This document shows, piece after piece, positions 1 through 8,566 of a DNA stretch of 64,000 nt. The notes beneath the pieces are model-generated. The model did no database searches and was not told where the DNA came from. It was given only the letters and a program-made list of their open reading frames with translations. The translations under genes were made by a program, and so were the position numbers. This stretch comes from an uncultured Thermodesulfobacteriota bacterium. GTDB taxonomy: Bacteria > Desulfobacterota > DSWW01. Positions within the stretch are counted from its first letter, which is position 1. The number at the start of each line of letters is the position of its first letter. The stretch is from NCBI GenBank assembly GCA_964479535.1, contig CAYZMM010000017.1, forward strand, positions 15,995-79,994, in the 5' to 3' direction.

Positions 1-1227
1 GAGTCGAAGGCCCTCCTCGCCGCTTACGGTATTCCCGTGAATCGGACGGAAATCGCCTCGACCGCTCAGGAGGCGGTGGAAAAGGCAGGGGAACTCGGAT
101 ATCCCGTGGCCATGAAGATTCATTCCAGAGACATTCTGCACAAGACCGACGCGAACGGGGTCCGCCTGAATCTTCGATGCGAACAGGACGTGCGGGAGGC
201 CTTCGACGAAACCCTGGCCGGGGCGCACGCCTTCCAACCGGAGGCCCGTCTGGAAGGCGTGACGATCCAGCCCATGCTCGAACGCCCCGACTTCGAGTTG
301 ATCCTCGGTGCGAAACAGGACCGGGATTTCGGGCCTGTGATCCTCTTCGGCACGGGCGGGATCATGACCGAGGTCCTCAGGGACCAGGCGATCGCCCTCC
401 CTCCGTTGAACCGCCTTCTTGCCAGAAGATTGATGGAAGAGACGAAGATTCACTGCGTCCTCCGTGGCTACCGCAATCGCCCACCCGCCGACATCGATCT
501 CCTCGAGGAAATCCTGATCCGTCTGGCCCGCCTCGTGACCGACTTCTCGGAGATCGACGAACTGGATATCAACCCCTTCCTCCTCGCCGGGAACAGGGCC
601 TGTGCAGTGGATGCAAGAGTCCTGTTGCGCACTCCACGGACCGCGGCGCCGTTCCACCTCGTGATCAGCTCCTATCCGAACCAGCATGAGACCCATACCG
701 TCTCCGAGGGCGGTCTGCCCTGTTTCCTCAGGCCCATCCGACCCGAGGACGCCCCTCTTCTGAAGGAACTCTTCGATTCACTGTCCCCCCAGAGCGTTTA
801 CTTCCGCTTCTTCGCCCCTCTCAAGGCCCTCCCTCACAAGATGCTGGCCCGTTTCACCCAGATCGACTACGACCGGGAGATCGCCCTCATCGCACTCAAG
901 GAAGACGCGACCGAGGAGAAGATGCTCGGCGTTGCACGCGCCATCCGTGTGCCGGGTGAAGACCGGGCCGAAATGAGCGTTGTCGTCGGGGACCCCTGGC
1001 ACGGCAAAGGCATTGGAGCGGTGCTGCTCAGGCACTGTGTCGAGATCGCCGCCGAACAGGGAATCGAGGAGATGTGGGGGATCGTCCTGCCGGAGAACAC
1101 GCGCATGCTCGCCTTGGGACGGAAGCTCGGCTGCGACATCCGTCGAAGCCCCGATTCCCGGGACTATGAATTGCGGATCGATCTTCGGAAGCTGCGGCAA
1201 GACACCGCCCATGCCGTCGGCGCATGA
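1..1227 (+). CDS. ADP-forming acetyl-CoA synthetase-like / C-terminal GNAT protein acetyltransferase (Pat-type), 5' end outside window
   Basis: Frame 1 is open from nt 1 (ESKALLAAYGIPV..., ATP-grasp-like). The C-terminal GNAT region (RPIRPEDAPLLKELF...WHGKGIGAVLL) is homologous to the GNAT end of 16622..18526. Confidence 0.8.
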   Translation, partial: ESKALLAAYGIPVNRTEIASTAQEAVEKAGELGYPVAMKIHSRDILHKTDANGVRLNLRCEQDVREAFDETLAGAHAFQPEARLEGVTIQPMLERPDFELILGAKQDRDFGPVILFGTGGIMTEVLRDQAIALPPLNRLLARRLMEETKIHCVLRGYRNRPPADIDLLEEILIRLARLVTDFSEIDELDINPFLLAGNRACAVDARVLLRTPRTAAPFHLVISSYPNQHETHTVSEGGLPCFLRPIRPEDAPLLKELFDSLSPQSVYFRFFAPLKALPHKMLARFTQIDYDREIALIALKEDATEEKMLGVARAIRVPGEDRAEMSVVVGDPWHGKGIGAVLLRHCVEIAAEQGIEEMWGIVLPENTRMLALGRKLGCDIRRSPDSRDYELRIDLRKLRQDTAHAVGA

Positions 1228-1236
1228 GTCCCTTTT

Positions 1237-1257
1237 CCTTTACAGCCTGTCAAGAGG
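1237..1257. promoter_or_regulatory. Candidate activator-binding palindrome (site A): ccTTTACAgccTGTCAAgagg
   Basis: Core 1239-1253. Centre lies ~115 bp upstream of the GG of the sigma-54 motif at 1360. Same motif at 2392, 5485 and 8569. Confidence 0.5.
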
Positions 1258-1333
1258 TCCGACACGCGAAGGCTCTGCTACCCCATCGAACCGCCTTGCT
1301 CTCCTTCGATTCCCGAGCGTTTTGCAGCCGTGA

Positions 1334-1516
1334 CGGAGGGACCTGCCTTTTTCCGGGAGTGGCACGGGGATTGCGAACAACGAACAGAACGCGATCCTTC
1401 AGCTTCAGGAGGCAAGCTACCACGTGGTCGTACTGGACTTGAAGAAACCCGGCATGGACGACATCACGAAACTCGGGGAAATCGAGAAGCTTGGTCTGTT
1501 CACCGAAACGCTCATA
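1334..1516 (+). pseudogene. Receiver (REC) domain relic with no start codon
   Basis: Frame 2 reads GIANNEQNAILQLQEASYHVVVLDLKKPGMDDITKLGEIEKL, i.e. alpha2-beta3-alpha3 of a receiver with the LDLxxPGMD phospho-acceptor region. A TGA at 1331 precedes it and beta1 is missing. Confidence 0.3.
1360..1375 (+). promoter_or_regulatory. Sigma-54 (-24/-12) promoter TGGCACGGGGATTGCG
   Basis: Exact GG-N10-GC spacing and 15/16 match to TGGCACG-N4-TTGCW. Lies upstream of the small ORF at 1530. Confidence 0.6.
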
Positions 1517-1529
1517 AGGAGGGAAAGAG

Positions 1530-1733
1530 ATGTCCGTCGAAGAGCTTCTGGCGCTGGAAAGATATTCCCGTTTCTACCACTTCCTGTGTGACGAACTGCG
1601 GGCCTGCAGGACGGAAACCGAGAAGAAGACCGTCCTTTCGGTGCTCCTCACGACCCGGATCCAGATCAACCGGCTCCTGGAGCTTCTGACTCCGGCAAAG
1701 GCCGGGGAGCGTCAGGCAGCTTGCGCCGCCTGA
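1530..1733 (+). CDS. Small (67 aa) predicted helical protein, unknown function
   Basis: Strong RBS (AAGGAGGGAAAGAG-ATG) and host-like GC3-rich codons. Sits downstream of the sigma-54 promoter at 1360. Confidence 0.55.
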   Translation: MSVEELLALERYSRFYHFLCDELRACRTETEKKTVLSVLLTTRIQINRLLELLTPAKAGERQAACAA

Positions 1734-1752
1734 CGCTCCTCCGTACCGCGAC

Positions 1753-2217
1753 TCAGGTCTTCCTCGCTTCCACCGGCATGGACGGCTGTCCGGAATTTCG
1801 CCCTCCTGTCTCGGGCCCGCTTCGTTCCTTTGGGTCGAGACGATCGGCGTGGCCCCTTCCCAGGACCCGATACACGGCTTGCCGCAATCCATCGATGTTT
1901 CCCGTCTTCTCCACCAGGTCCGCCGCCGTCCCGACGAGGCTCGAACAGACGCATTCGGCCGAGAAGCTGTAGATGATAAACGGCACATGCGGAACCCGGT
2001 TCGAGAGATGCTCAACCAGTCTCGATTCGTCCAGGCCGGGCAATTCGTCGTCCAGGATCAGAAGGTCCAGACTTTCTTCGAGGCGTATGCTCCGGACGAG
2101 ATCGGAGCCGTTCTCGGCCACGAGCACGTTAAAGCCGTCGGCCACGAACTCACGCCTCAGAAAACGGCGCACACGTGGATTGCGCTCCGCGATCAGAATG
2201 CTGAAACTTTCTTCCAC
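1753..2217 (-). CDS. Single-domain response regulator (REC)
   Basis: ILIAERNP...LLILDDELPGLD receiver motifs. GTG start with a GGGGAG RBS. Confidence 0.85.
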   Translation of the reverse strand: MEESFSILIAERNPRVRRFLRREFVADGFNVLVAENGSDLVRSIRLEESLDLLILDDELPGLDESRLVEHLSNRVPHVPFIIYSFSAECVCSSLVGTAADLVEKTGNIDGLRQAVYRVLGRGHADRLDPKERSGPETGGRNSGQPSMPVEARKT

Positions 2218-2258
2218 GACCGTCTCCCCTTTCCCCGTTCGGAATGGGAAAGAGGAAG

Positions 2259-2274
2259 TGCAACCCCTATGCCA
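2259..2274 (-). promoter_or_regulatory. Sigma-54 promoter TGGCATAGGGGTTGCA (minus strand)
   Basis: Reverse complement of tgcaacccctatgcca. Lies ~42 nt upstream of the GTG of the response regulator. Confidence 0.6.
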
Positions 2275-2391
2275 GTCGCGGCGCTATGACTTCGGGAGGG
2301 GAGGTCGTACGGTGGATTCTGATTCTTCGGAGTATGGAGCTGTGCGGAAGGAACCGCATGGGGAGTGGACGGGTTGGAGCTGTCAACGTTT

Positions 2392-2406
2392 TTTACAGAC
2401 TGTAAA
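2392..2406. promoter_or_regulatory. Candidate activator-binding palindrome (site B): TTTACAgacTGTAAA
   Basis: Perfect 6-3-6 palindrome ~127 bp upstream of the -24 GG of the 2259-2274 promoter. It sits just 3' of the EBP stop codon. Confidence 0.5.
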
Positions 2407-2412
2407 TTCCCG

Positions 2413-3876
2413 CTAGATCTCTTCCTCGCACTGAACCCGGGTCTTCATCTGAATCCGGTATTTCTCGATCTTGGACAGGAGGGTTGGCCGGGACAGGCCG
2501 ATGAGCTTTGCAGCACGGCTTCGATTCCCCTCCGTGATGTTCAGGGTTTCCGTGATCAGGATCCGGGCGAAGTGGTCCATGAGGTCGTCGAAGAGCCGCG
2601 CTTGGCCGGAAGCCGAACGGATCCTCACGCGAACCCATTCCCTTATGGAGTCCTCTACGGTCTGTTCTCCTCCGGCGGGGGCGAGATCGATCCTCTCGCC
2701 GATCACTCGAGAAACCTCGTCCGGCCCGATCGGCACCGCACGGCTGAAAATGAGCGCCTTCTGAAGGCTGTTGGCCAACTCCCGAACGTTGCCCGGCCAG
2801 GCATTCCCCATCAGGGTCGCCCGGGCTTCCCGGGTCAGCCCGGGGTTCTCCATCTCCATGTCCAAGGCGAAACGGGTGAGGAAGTAGTCGGTCAGCAGGG
2901 GGATGTCTTCGGCCCGCTCACGCAGCGGAGGGAGCTTGAGGGTGACCACTTTCAGGCGATAGTACAGATCCTCCCGGAACCTACCCTCCTCGAGCGCTTT
3001 CTCGAGATCGCGGTTGGTGGCGGCGACGATGCGCACGTCCACCGGTATCGGCTCACGGCCCCCGAGGCGTTCGATGCTCTTTTCCTGCAGCAACCGGAGG
3101 ATCTTCGCCTGGATGCTGAAGGGCATGTCGCCGATCTCGTCCAGAAACACGGTTCCGCCATTCGCCTGTTCGATCTTCCCTACACGGCGGTGGGCCGCGC
3201 CGGTGAATGCACCCCTCTCGTAGCCGAAGAGTTCGCTCTCCAGGAGTGTGTCCGGGATGGCCACACAGTTGATGACCAGAAAGGGCTTGTCCGCCCGGAG
3301 GCTGTGATGGTAGATCGCCCTGGCGACCAGTTCCTTTCCCGTACCGGACTCGCCCCGGATCAGTACGGTCGCATCCGTGGGGGCAACCCGTCCGATCGCC
3401 TTGTACACCTCCTGCATCGCCCTGCTTCGACCGATCAGGACCTCGGAAGCCGTCGACTTCGGAGGGGCATCCATCTCTACGGGGGAACGCATCAGTCTCG
3501 CCGCTTCCAGGGTCTGGTTGATCAGGGCGAGCATGTCCGGAATCTCGAAGGGCTTGGTGACATAATCATAGGCCCCGAGCTTGGTCGCCTCGATGGCCGT
3601 ATCCGTGGTCCCGTGGGCGGTCATGATGACGACCGAAAGCTTCGGCTCCAGCTCGTGAATGACCCGAAAGGCCTCCAAACCGTCCATGCCGGGCAGCCGC
3701 ACGTCCATGATGACCAGATCCGGCACCTCCTGCCTGACCCGGTCGATACCCTCCTCGCCGGTGGCGGCCGTCCGAACGGTGTGCCCCTCCTCGCTCAGGA
3801 TCTTCTCGAAGCTCTGTCGCAATTGGGCATCGTCGTCTACGATCAGGATGGTTCCCAACTCTTGTCCTCCCTGCAC
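2413..3876 (-). CDS. Sigma-54-dependent transcriptional activator, NtrC family (REC-AAA+-HTH)
   Basis: ILIVDDD...MDVRLPGMDG receiver, GESGTGKE Walker A, GAFTGA loop, and a C-terminal Fis-type HTH (AAKLIGLSRPTLLSKI). Confidence 0.95.
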   Translation of the reverse strand: MQGGQELGTILIVDDDAQLRQSFEKILSEEGHTVRTAATGEEGIDRVRQEVPDLVIMDVRLPGMDGLEAFRVIHELEPKLSVVIMTAHGTTDTAIEATKLGAYDYVTKPFEIPDMLALINQTLEAARLMRSPVEMDAPPKSTASEVLIGRSRAMQEVYKAIGRVAPTDATVLIRGESGTGKELVARAIYHHSLRADKPFLVINCVAIPDTLLESELFGYERGAFTGAAHRRVGKIEQANGGTVFLDEIGDMPFSIQAKILRLLQEKSIERLGGREPIPVDVRIVAATNRDLEKALEEGRFREDLYYRLKVVTLKLPPLRERAEDIPLLTDYFLTRFALDMEMENPGLTREARATLMGNAWPGNVRELANSLQKALIFSRAVPIGPDEVSRVIGERIDLAPAGGEQTVEDSIREWVRVRIRSASGQARLFDDLMDHFARILITETLNITEGNRSRAAKLIGLSRPTLLSKIEKYRIQMKTRVQCEEEI

Positions 3877-5333
3877 GGCAACGTGATGGAAAAAGTCGTG
3901 CCCTGCCCCTCTTCGGACAAGAGGCTCAGATGGCCGCCATGCTGCTCAACGATCCTCACAGCGATGCTGAGCCCCAGGCCGGTACCTTCCTCTTTCGTAC
4001 TGAAGAACGGCTCCAGTACCTTCTCCTGAAGACCTGCCGGAATCCCGGGTCCGTCGTCCTTGATCCGAACCACCGCCACGGGCCCCAGGGTCGAGCGCAC
4101 ATCCTCTTCTTCTATCGTGATCGTCCCTCCCTCACCCATCGCTTCGCAGGCGTTGATCAGAAGATTCATGAAGACCTCTTTGAGTTGATCCGGGTCTGCA
4201 AGAACCTCCGGAAGAGCCTCCGATCGCTTGCGGTCCACCGTCACTCCGTAGGATTTGAACCGGTGTCGGAGAAGCTGGAGATTCATGTCGATCAAATGCG
4301 ACGTACTGATCCTTTGCATCTTAAGCTTGGAGGGTCGCGCGTACTCCAGGAAGTTTCGAACGATCGTATCGATGTGGCGGGTCTCTTCGGCGATCACTTC
4401 CATGTCCTCTTTCTGATCGGCGGTGACGTCCAGGGACTTCTCGAGGGAAAAAAGCCGCATCTTGATCGAGGTCAATGGATTTCGAATGCTGTGGGCCACC
4501 CCGGACGCCAGCCTGCCCACCATGGCCATCTTCTCCGCCTCGACGAGCCGGGTCCGACTCCGTTCCAATTCCAAATGGGTCTGATCCGCGTCCTTGATCA
4601 GCCCGCGCACCTCTCGGCTCAGCGCCTTTACCTCGTTCGACGAACCGCCCGGTTCCGCGAAACGTTCCGCCTCGTTGAGGAGCCGACGGATCGGGCCGAA
4701 GACTTGCCGGAGCATCATGAAGAGCAGGAGCAGGGTCAGCACAAGGCCCACAAACACCGCAGAGACCGCTATGCCTCGGATTCGGCCTGCCCGCTTCTGG
4801 CTCAAGGCCTGTGTGGTTCGGACCCTCACGAGCTGCCTGGCTTCGTAGGCGTGGCACAAATCCAGAATCTGATCGAAATGCCTGCGTACCTCTTGGTGCA
4901 GGACAATTCCCTCTTCACGTCTTCCGGACTGATAGAATCCGACGACTCGATCTTTCGACTGGACGTACTGTTCGTATTTCGACTCGATCTGCCGAAGGGT
5001 CGTCCTGGCTTCTTCCCCGGTGGCCAGGCTGTCGGCCCTCTTCAAGCTTTCTACAAACGCCTGTCGCTGCTCATCCAGACGTCGAAGCCATTCAGCATCT
5101 CCATCCATGAAGTAGTACGACACAAACCCCTTCTGCCTGATCAAGGCCTCCAACACATCCGAAACCGCGAAGGCACTCGCCATTTCCCTGTCGATCGACT
5201 GATCGAAGAGCGCCTCCATCTGGTAGGTATACCAGCTCATCACGGATCCCCCGGTCACCGTGAGGAGCATGAGAAGGATCAGGATCGCGAAGATGCGGCC
5301 GCGCAGGCCCAGCCACTTCGTCATGGCCGTCAC
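3843..5333 (-). CDS. Membrane sensor histidine kinase (cognate of the NtrC-type regulator)
   Basis: N-terminal TM, second TM and HAMP-like region. H-box VAHSIRNPL and ATPase G-box GTGLGLSI. Overlaps the regulator start by 34 nt. GTG start at 5333; an ATG at 5324 is an alternative. Confidence 0.9.
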   Translation of the reverse strand: MTAMTKWLGLRGRIFAILILLMLLTVTGGSVMSWYTYQMEALFDQSIDREMASAFAVSDVLEALIRQKGFVSYYFMDGDAEWLRRLDEQRQAFVESLKRADSLATGEEARTTLRQIESKYEQYVQSKDRVVGFYQSGRREEGIVLHQEVRRHFDQILDLCHAYEARQLVRVRTTQALSQKRAGRIRGIAVSAVFVGLVLTLLLLFMMLRQVFGPIRRLLNEAERFAEPGGSSNEVKALSREVRGLIKDADQTHLELERSRTRLVEAEKMAMVGRLASGVAHSIRNPLTSIKMRLFSLEKSLDVTADQKEDMEVIAEETRHIDTIVRNFLEYARPSKLKMQRISTSHLIDMNLQLLRHRFKSYGVTVDRKRSEALPEVLADPDQLKEVFMNLLINACEAMGEGGTITIEEEDVRSTLGPVAVVRIKDDGPGIPAGLQEKVLEPFFSTKEEGTGLGLSIAVRIVEQHGGHLSLLSEEGQGTTFSITLPCREDKSWEPS

Positions 5334-5482
5334 CCGTCATAGGTATGTGATCGACCGGAAAACACCCCGTGTCCGACCGACGGGGCATCGACCGGCTCTG
5401 CCGGCATCATAGTAAAGGGCCGAAACACAGTCAAAGGGTTCCAGGGCTCCAGGCTTGCTTCCCACACGAGGGAGCCTCGCGG

Positions 5483-5503
5483 CCTTTACATCCTGTAAAA
5501 GGG
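5483..5503. promoter_or_regulatory. Candidate activator-binding palindrome (site C): ccTTTACAtccTGTAAAaggg
   Basis: Core 5485-5499, ~115 bp upstream of the -24 GG at 5606. Confidence 0.5.
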
Positions 5504-5604
5504 CCTGACATCTTCCCCCGACTCCAACACGTGGCCTCCCGCTGCCCACGCCCCCGGGACCTCGTTTTCTTTCTATCTTTCAAGATTCATGCCCGGTTTC
5601 TCTG

Positions 5605-5620
5605 TGGCACACCGGTTGCA
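5605..5620 (+). promoter_or_regulatory. Sigma-54 promoter TGGCACACCGGTTGCA
   Basis: 16/16 match to TGGCAC-N5-TTGCA, 52 nt upstream of the ATG at 5672. Confidence 0.65.
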
Positions 5621-5671
5621 GTTCTGCCCGCCAGATCCCTGAGGTCCTTTCCGATAGGAAGGAGGGTAGCC

Positions 5672-6937
5672 ATGGAAGTCCCTGAACCGTACCTTTCCGT
5701 TTCCTATGACCGGTCCCGGATTCAAGCGAGAAATCAAACGATCTCCATCCTCCTGGACATCAGCAATTTCCTCACCTCTTCCCTCCATCTCCGGCACATC
5801 CTGGAGGGGTCCCTGGAGAGGGTCCTTGAACACTTCGGGTTGGATGCGGGAAGGGTCTATCTGATGGACGAAGACGGCGATCACCTGAAGCTCGCGGCTC
5901 ACAAGGGGATCGAGCCCGAGGGGCTGGAGGTGGTAAGACTCGACGAAGGGTTTTCGGGCAAGGCCGCCAGAACACGTTCCTTTCTCGCAGGCAGAGTGCG
6001 CGACCTGGAAGACCGGTCCCGCGTTCGACTTCTCCTCGGTAAAGGCTACGAGACGATCGTCTGCGTGCCTCTCGTCGCCCTCGACGAGGTGGCGGGGGTC
6101 ATGAACCTGGCCACCGCGAGGCTCATCGAACTCGACCAGAGCAAAACCGATCTTCTGATGATCGTGGGCAATCAGATCGCCACGGCGGTCAGAAACGCTC
6201 AGCTTTACGAGGACAACCAGAAGAGGATCGACGAACTGAACGAAAAGAAGGAAACGATCAAGTTCTTCGCCTATTCCGCATCTCACGATCTGAAATGTCC
6301 GGCCGTGGGTCTCCACGGCCTTGCGGAGTTGCTCCACAGGAAATACGCCCAAGGCCTCGATGCGAAGGGAAAGGAACTCTGCTCCCAGATTCTGAAGACA
6401 TCCGGCCACATTGTGCTGCTCACCGACAAGATCAACGCCTATGTGGCTGCCAAAGAGACGCCTCCGAGAATGGAACGCGTGCGTGTAAACGAAATCATCG
6501 AGACGGTCCGGAGTGAATTCCTTCAGGTTCTCGAGGCCCGGGGCATCGAGTGGGTCGAACCTTCGGAAGAGATCGAGATCCTCACCGACCGGTTGGCGAT
6601 GGTGCGGTTCTTCCAGAACTGCGTGGACAACGCCCTCAAGTACGGCGGTGCAGGGTTGACCCGGATTCGATTCGGCTACGACCAGGATCGGGAGTCCCAC
6701 GTCTTTTCCGTAGAGGATGACGGCGTCGGCATCAACCAGGAGGACGCAGCGGGTCTCTTTCAGCTCTTTCGCCGGCACGAGACATCGAACGGAACCGAAG
6801 GGAGCGGTCTCGGCCTGGCCATCGTCAAAGAGCTGGCCGAGAGGCAAGGGGGCAAGGCGTGGGTGCAAACGAAGGAGGGGCATGGCGCCTCCTTCTTCCT
6901 GTCCATCCCGAAGTGTCCGAGGGAGAGGAGATCATGA
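5672..6937 (+). CDS. GAF domain sensor histidine kinase
   Basis: Start chosen at MEVPEPY with RBS GGAAGGAGGG. The first 101 codons of the tracked ORF look non-coding and contain the promoter. H-box SASHDLKCP and G-box GSGLGLAIV. Confidence 0.9.
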   Translation: MEVPEPYLSVSYDRSRIQARNQTISILLDISNFLTSSLHLRHILEGSLERVLEHFGLDAGRVYLMDEDGDHLKLAAHKGIEPEGLEVVRLDEGFSGKAARTRSFLAGRVRDLEDRSRVRLLLGKGYETIVCVPLVALDEVAGVMNLATARLIELDQSKTDLLMIVGNQIATAVRNAQLYEDNQKRIDELNEKKETIKFFAYSASHDLKCPAVGLHGLAELLHRKYAQGLDAKGKELCSQILKTSGHIVLLTDKINAYVAAKETPPRMERVRVNEIIETVRSEFLQVLEARGIEWVEPSEEIEILTDRLAMVRFFQNCVDNALKYGGAGLTRIRFGYDQDRESHVFSVEDDGVGINQEDAAGLFQLFRRHETSNGTEGSGLGLAIVKELAERQGGKAWVQTKEGHGASFFLSIPKCPRERRS

Positions 6938-7076
6938 AAGCCTTCGAAAGAATCCTGTTCCCCACGGCAGAAAGGGAATCGACCGGGTCCTGTTCGGAAG
7001 CGTGGCCGCTTACGTGGTGAAGATGTCGCCCGTACCGGTCATGACGGTGAACCCATACAGAGTCGACGGGAAATAG
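6934..7076 (+). pseudogene. Universal stress protein remnant (internal out-of-frame deletion)
   Basis: The ATG overlaps the kinase stop (ATGA). The N-terminus MKAFERILFP matches MPAFKKILFP of the intact USP at 18600. In another frame, HGRKGIDRVLFGSVAAYVVKMSPVPVMTVNPYR matches that USP's C-terminus. The middle ~115 codons are missing. Confidence 0.6.
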
Positions 7077-7121
7077 ATGGAAGCTCGAAACGGCAGACCC
7101 TTCCAACCTCAGTGGGTAGAC

Positions 7122-7601
7122 ATGAACACAGAGCAGGTAGTTTCCGTTCTTCGGAAATGCGAAATCTTCAGCGGACTCTCAGAGAAGGAACTGCGGTCGA
7201 TCGCTTCACTGGCGAAGATCGAGAAATTCAACGCCGGCGAGGTCATCTACACGCAGGGAAGCATCGGACGGAAGCTCTATGTTCTCGCCCAGGGACAGGT
7301 CGTCCTGGAGAGAACGATGAGCCTGGGAGGGAAACGCCAGGCGACGCTTCCCGTGTTCGTCCAGAGAGAGAATCCCTCCAGGCGGCTCATGGGCGGCTGG
7401 TCTTCCCTTGTGGGTCAGGACCACGTGCAGATGTGCACCGCAACGTGCCGCAAACCGACGACGGTCGTCACCCTTTCGGCTGCAGAATTGAACGCGTGTA
7501 TTTCAAGAGACCCAATGACTCGAGCAACGGTCCTGGAGAGACTCGTTCTTCTGCTTAGGGATCGGATCGCCAGCAGCTACCAGGAAATGGAAGCCCTGTA
7601 G
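7122..7601 (+). CDS. Cyclic-nucleotide-binding domain protein
   Basis: LRKCEIFSGLSEKELRSIASLAKIEKFNAGEVIYTQGSIGRKLYVLAQGQVVL is a cNMP-binding beta-barrel signature. The ORF opens at 7077; the ATG at 7122 is preferred. Confidence 0.8.
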   Translation: MNTEQVVSVLRKCEIFSGLSEKELRSIASLAKIEKFNAGEVIYTQGSIGRKLYVLAQGQVVLERTMSLGGKRQATLPVFVQRENPSRRLMGGWSSLVGQDHVQMCTATCRKPTTVVTLSAAELNACISRDPMTRATVLERLVLLLRDRIASSYQEMEAL

Positions 7602-7607
7602 CGGGCT

Positions 7608-8375
7608 TCAGACAGCTTTCTTTGCGGAGGGCTCGACCAGCCCTTTCGCCTCCATGGCCCCGGCCACGAGATCCACGATGAGATCCATCGAAAGGGTCCC
7701 CTGGTTGAGCACCATGTCGTACAGCTCCGGGTTCTCGATGTCCTCGTTGAAGTACTTTCTGAAAAAGGCTTCCCGCTCCGCATCGTAGAGGCGGATTCTT
7801 CGGATCGCTTCTTCCTGCGAAAGCTGGTGGAAGGAAGCCACTTGGTCGGCCCGCCACGACAGGGGAGCCACGATACGGATATGGAAGCCTGTCGCCAGGT
7901 CCCGGCTGATCTTGCAGGCGCCCCGACCCACGACCACCGCGTGGCCCTTCTCGCAGATGCTCCGGATCACCCGAACCATCCGCTGGAAGACCTCGTCCTC
8001 CACCGGCCATTTCTGGAGAAGCGTGTCCATGTACCTGGCGATCTTCGTCCTGGCCCCGCTCGTGAGCAGATCGGCCAGGCGCTTGTTCATCTTCATGTCG
8101 GTAGCGATGCGGCTCACGATCTCCTTGTCGTAGAGCGTCCACTTGGTATCGGACCGCTCCCACTGATTCAAATGCTCGGAAAAACGGAGCCCCGTTTCCA
8201 GGGCCATGCACCCGTATTGGCGGCTGATCGTCAGGAAGGGTTTCCCCGCCCCTCTCTTCTGCCGCTTCTCCTTCTCCCACTGGGCCACCATGGCCCCGAT
8301 GTACTGGTCCTTCTCCTTTTCCGTGTAGAGTCGGAAGACCCCGAATCCCAGGGGGCTCTTCTTTCGAATGGCCAT
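7608..8375 (-). CDS. Cytidylate kinase-like family protein
   Basis: FLTISRQYGCMALE...VVVGRGA...HIRIVAP pattern typical of this family. Strong RBS AGGAGGAGGG. Confidence 0.75.
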   Translation of the reverse strand: MAIRKKSPLGFGVFRLYTEKEKDQYIGAMVAQWEKEKRQKRGAGKPFLTISRQYGCMALETGLRFSEHLNQWERSDTKWTLYDKEIVSRIATDMKMNKRLADLLTSGARTKIARYMDTLLQKWPVEDEVFQRMVRVIRSICEKGHAVVVGRGACKISRDLATGFHIRIVAPLSWRADQVASFHQLSQEEAIRRIRLYDAEREAFFRKYFNEDIENPELYDMVLNQGTLSMDLIVDLVAGAMEAKGLVEPSAKKAV

Positions 8376-8445
8376 CTCTTCCCTCCTCCTGAAGACCGCG
8401 ATGTTTCGAAAACCGCTCCTTCCCCATACCCTTCCGTCTCATGAC

Positions 8446-8461
8446 AGCAACTACCGTGCCA
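8446..8461 (-). promoter_or_regulatory. Sigma-54 promoter TGGCACGGTAGTTGCT (minus strand)
   Basis: Reverse complement of agcaactaccgtgcca, ~70 nt upstream of the ATG at 8375. Confidence 0.6.
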
Positions 8462-8566
8462 ACGAACGAGCCCGGCGCGAAGGGGGGAAAGGGGCGAGGA
8501 GGGCCTGAGAATCCGGAAAACGAAGCAGGCCGTCGACCCGAACGATCCGGTCATCCCTGTCGTGAT

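Noticed and set aside
997-1012. TGGCACGGCAAAGGCA sigma-54-like motif
   Set aside because: It lies inside the coding region of the Pat-like gene, the -12 element is AGGC, and there is no downstream gene start. Similar intragenic hits (e.g. near 38287) were dismissed for the same reason.
2365-4029. 554-aa plus-strand ORF
   Set aside because: It is antisense to the NtrC-type regulator and kinase. Its composition is Arg/Gly/Pro/His-rich with no motifs, the typical shadow ORF of a high-GC gene.
5369-5671. N-terminal 101 codons of the tracked GAF-kinase ORF
   Set aside because: The sequence is not protein-like. It contains the sigma-54 promoter and the palindrome, and a good RBS precedes the ATG at 5672.
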